DNA from: an uncultured Spirochaetota bacterium
GTDB lineage: Bacteria > Spirochaetota > Spirochaetia > SZUA-6 > Fen-1364
DNA length: 64,000 bases
Assembly: GCA_963745235.1 (NCBI GenBank)
Contig: CAVUXE010000054.1
Coordinates: forward strand, 1 to 64,000
Direction of reading: 5' to 3'
Part shown: positions 61,428 through 64,000 of the stretch, piece after piece
Layout of the letters: the number at the start of each line of letters is the position of its first letter
Position numbering within the stretch: position 1 is the first letter of the stretch
Program-made: the position numbers and the translations under genes
The notes under the pieces: generated by a model
The model's input: only the letters and a program-made list of their open reading frames with translations
The model's database searches: none
What the model was told of the DNA's origin: nothing

Positions 61428-62247
61428 ATGGCTATAAAGAGCGAGTGGGTGAGGTATGGGGACCAAGTCGGCTACCTGGCCGTGCCGGAGCTGGCGGCAA
61501 CGCCTTTGCCGAGCATCGTGGTCATCCAGGAGATCGTCGGGGTGGATGAGCACATCGAGGACGTGACGCGCCGCGTGGCCGCGGCGGGATATGTCGCGCT
61601 TGCGCCGGACCTCTTCTCGGTGAATGGTGAAAGGCCCCCGGCCCTCACCCGGGAGAGGGTCCGGAAAGCCATGGGCTTCATGCGCACCCTGCCCCCAACC
61701 GCCTTCGCAGACGCGGCGCTGAGGGAGGCGGAGCTTGCGAAGCTGGCGCAGGCCGAACGCCAACCCCTCGGTGAGAGCCTGGGACAGCTCATGGGCTCGA
61801 CCGCTCCCGCGAGGATGGCGGGGATGATCGGTCAGCTGCGAAGCGCCGTGCGCTACCTGCGGTCCGAGCGCCCCGAGTGCAGGCAACAGCCGGTGGGGTG
61901 CGTCGGGTTCTGCATGGGCGGCGGGCTCTCGGCGCTCCTCGCCTGTGAGGAGCCCGACATAGCGGCGTGCGCCGTTTTCTACGGAAACACTCCCCCGGCG
62001 GAAAAGATCGCCGCAATCAAGTCCCCGGTTATCGCGTTCTACGGAGAGCTGGATCAACGGGTGAATGCGCGGAATTCCCGCATTCGAAGAGGCAATGCGC
62101 AAAGGCGGGAGGTCCTTCGAGCACCATATCTACCCGGGAGCCGCTCACGCCTTTTTCAACGACGGCGGCCCGAGGTACAACGTTGCCGCTGCTCGTGACG
62201 CTTTTGCGCGCCTTCTCATGTTCTTTGCCGGGAATCTCTCGGGGTAG
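61428..62247 (+). CDS. Dienelactone hydrolase, frameshift near 62068
   Basis: IQEI.G, GFCMGG, YPGAAHAFFND. Confidence 0.9.
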
Positions 62248-62256
62248 GCTTTCCGC

Positions 62257-63412
62257 GTGAGCACCGAATGCCTCGTGATGGCCAAGCCCGCCGGCCCGGG
62301 CTGCAACATGCGCTGCGGCTACTGCTACTACCTGGGCAAAGCCGCTCTTTTCCCGCCGGGGCCATGGCGCATGCCGGAGGACCTGCTGGAGCGCTTCATA
62401 GCACAGCGCCTGGAGGCCTCTCCTGGTCCCACGACCCATTTCGAATGGCACGGCGGTGAGCCGACGATCCTCGGGCTGGATTATTTCCGCCATATCGTTC
62501 GCCTTCAGAACGCTCATCGCCCGTCGGGCCGGAGGGTGTCCAATGGCATCCAGACCAACGGCCTGCTCCTTGACGAGGCCTGGGCGAAGTTCTTGAAGGA
62601 GGAAGGCTTCTCAGTCGGGCTGAGCCTGGATGGGCCTGCAGACCTTCATGACGTGTTTCGAAGGACCGCCGCTGCCGGCGCGGGCGGCAACACTCATGCG
62701 CGGGTGGCCGCCGCTTTCCAGCTTCTCAAGAGGCACGGCGTATTCTGCAACGTCCTCTGCGTCCTTCACGCGGAGAACGCCGCGGAGCCCGACCGGGTGT
62801 ATGACTTCTTTCGAGCACTGGGAGTGAAGTACCTCCAGTTCCTGCCCCTGGTGGTCCCCACTCCACGAGGCGGCGTGAGCGCGCCCACCGCGTCCCCCGG
62901 CGCCATCGGGGCTTTCCTGTGCCGCATATTCGACAGGTGGCTGCAGAACGACGTGGGGCGCGTTGTGATCCAGGCCTTCGACGAGGCGCTGCGTCCGATC
63001 TACGGGGTCCCGCATGCCTTGTGCATTCACCGCGAGACCTGCGGAGACGTCGCCGTGCTGGAGCATGACGGCGGGCTCTACATGTGCGATCACTACGTTG
63101 ACGCCGACGCACTTCCTGGGCAACCTGAGAGAGCGGCCGCTGTCAGAGATGGTGGCTGATCCCGCCATGAGGCGCTTCGGCCAGGCCAGGCGGGACGCGC
63201 TGCCCCGCGCGTGTCGGGAGTGCGACGTGCTTGCATCCTGCAACGGCGGCTGCCCGAAGGACCGCATTGCCGTTGCCCCTGACGGTGAAGCCGGCCTGAG
63301 CTACCTCTGCCCGGCGTACCGGATGTTCTTTCGTCACAGCCGGCCCGGCCTGGAGCGCCTGGCCCGGCACATGAAGCTCGGCAAGTCTCTCCGGTCCTTC
63401 GCTGCGGCATGA
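62257..63412 (+). CDS. Anaerobic sulfatase maturase (radical SAM/SPASM), frameshift near 63105
   Basis: CNMRCGYCYY, WHGGEP, CDH, C..C.....C.GGCPK. Confidence 0.9.
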
Positions 63413-63434
63413 CAAGGGCTGGCGGGAGCAGGCA

Positions 63435-63773
63435 TCAACCGGGACCGAGCACCTGCGCAATCCTCAACTCGCCGTCACCCATGCACCTTCGAAGCTTCGT
63501 CACCCAATCGATGGCCTGCTGATTGGAGTCCACCCTGATGAGCGTGAAGCCCGGGATGAGCTCCTTGCCCTCCATGAACGGGCCGTCCGTGATCGACACC
63601 TTTCCATTGCTGAGCTTCAGGTGGGTTGTTTTGGGAGCGAGCTGGCCAGTCGCGACAATCACGCCCGACCGGGTACCTTCCTCCATGAGCTTCATCATCT
63701 CCGCCATACCCTCGGGGGAAGGTGGTGTTCTCCGTGCACCCTCCTCCGCGGTGAAATAGACAAAGAACTGCAT
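63435..63773 (-). CDS. YciI (DGPF) family protein
   Basis: TDGPFMEGKELI.GF. Confidence 0.85.
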   Translation of the reverse strand: MQFFVYFTAEEGARRTPPSPEGMAEMMKLMEEGTRSGVIVATGQLAPKTTHLKLSNGKVSITDGPFMEGKELIPGFTLIRVDSNQQAIDWVTKLRRCMGDGELRIAQVLGPG

Positions 63774-63942
63774 CTGATTCTCTCCTCTCACACGTAGTCG
63801 AACGACTGGCGCCGAAAGGGACATAGGCTGATGGCGGCTTCTCCAGAACATACAAGCGTCGAGCGACGGAAACAATGTCAGGTTGTCGTGAGTTGGCCGT
63901 GATGCTTCCCAATCGTTATTCTCAACTCGTGAGGAAAATGAC

Positions 63943-64000
63943 ATGGGAACGATAGGCATCTATGGATTCGGCAGGATTGGCAGGACCTTGCTTCGCAACG
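63943..64000 (+). CDS. gap: Glyceraldehyde-3-phosphate dehydrogenase (5' end, runs off window)
   Basis: MGTIGIYGFGRIGRTLLR after GAGG RBS. Confidence 0.75.
   Translation, partial: MGTIGIYGFGRIGRTLLRN

Noticed and set aside
2189-63412. Frameshifts in about 14 genes as pseudogenes or programmed frameshifting
   Set aside because: Scattered single-base indels, often in short G/C runs, in otherwise undegraded genes (rluA, mntH, oppF, anSME and others) fit long-read consensus error better; needs read polishing to confirm.
1-64000. tRNA, rRNA or riboswitch genes
   Set aside because: None recognised by eye in the intergenic regions; tRNAscan-SE and Rfam scans were not run.

Overview
GC-rich bacterial contig, probably an uncultured Spirochaetia genome (inferred from the lipobox, beta-barrel proteins and gene content). 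About 14 otherwise intact genes carry single-base frameshifts, most likely long-read assembly errors. The first ~18.9 kb is an accessory junkyard: an IS1182 element with 18-bp terminal inverted repeats, IS256 and IS66 remnants, a tyrosine recombinase, about 11 toxin-antitoxin loci (4 intact pairs, 7 fragments, several absent from the ORF track), one complete but degenerate attC site plus a half site, and 3-4 copies of a structured Flavo-1-like non-coding repeat. It also holds a compact module in which a membrane-anchored LuxR regulator sits between two promoters carrying the same double operator; these drive an Omp85-like beta-barrel and a CPBP protease-esterase pair. From ~18.9 kb to 64 kb the genes are housekeeping, redox and metal related: RluA, MsrB, Rrf2-NifU, an MBL-cNMP-hemerythrin fusion with a degenerate iron site, Grx plus FTR-rubredoxin, surE, arsR/arsC/acr3, mntR/mntH/USP, a peptide ABC transporter, a CatE-like operon, an anaerobic sulfatase maturase and the start of gap. 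Many genes appear to be transcribed leaderless. All family assignments come from motif recognition by eye; no database searches were run.
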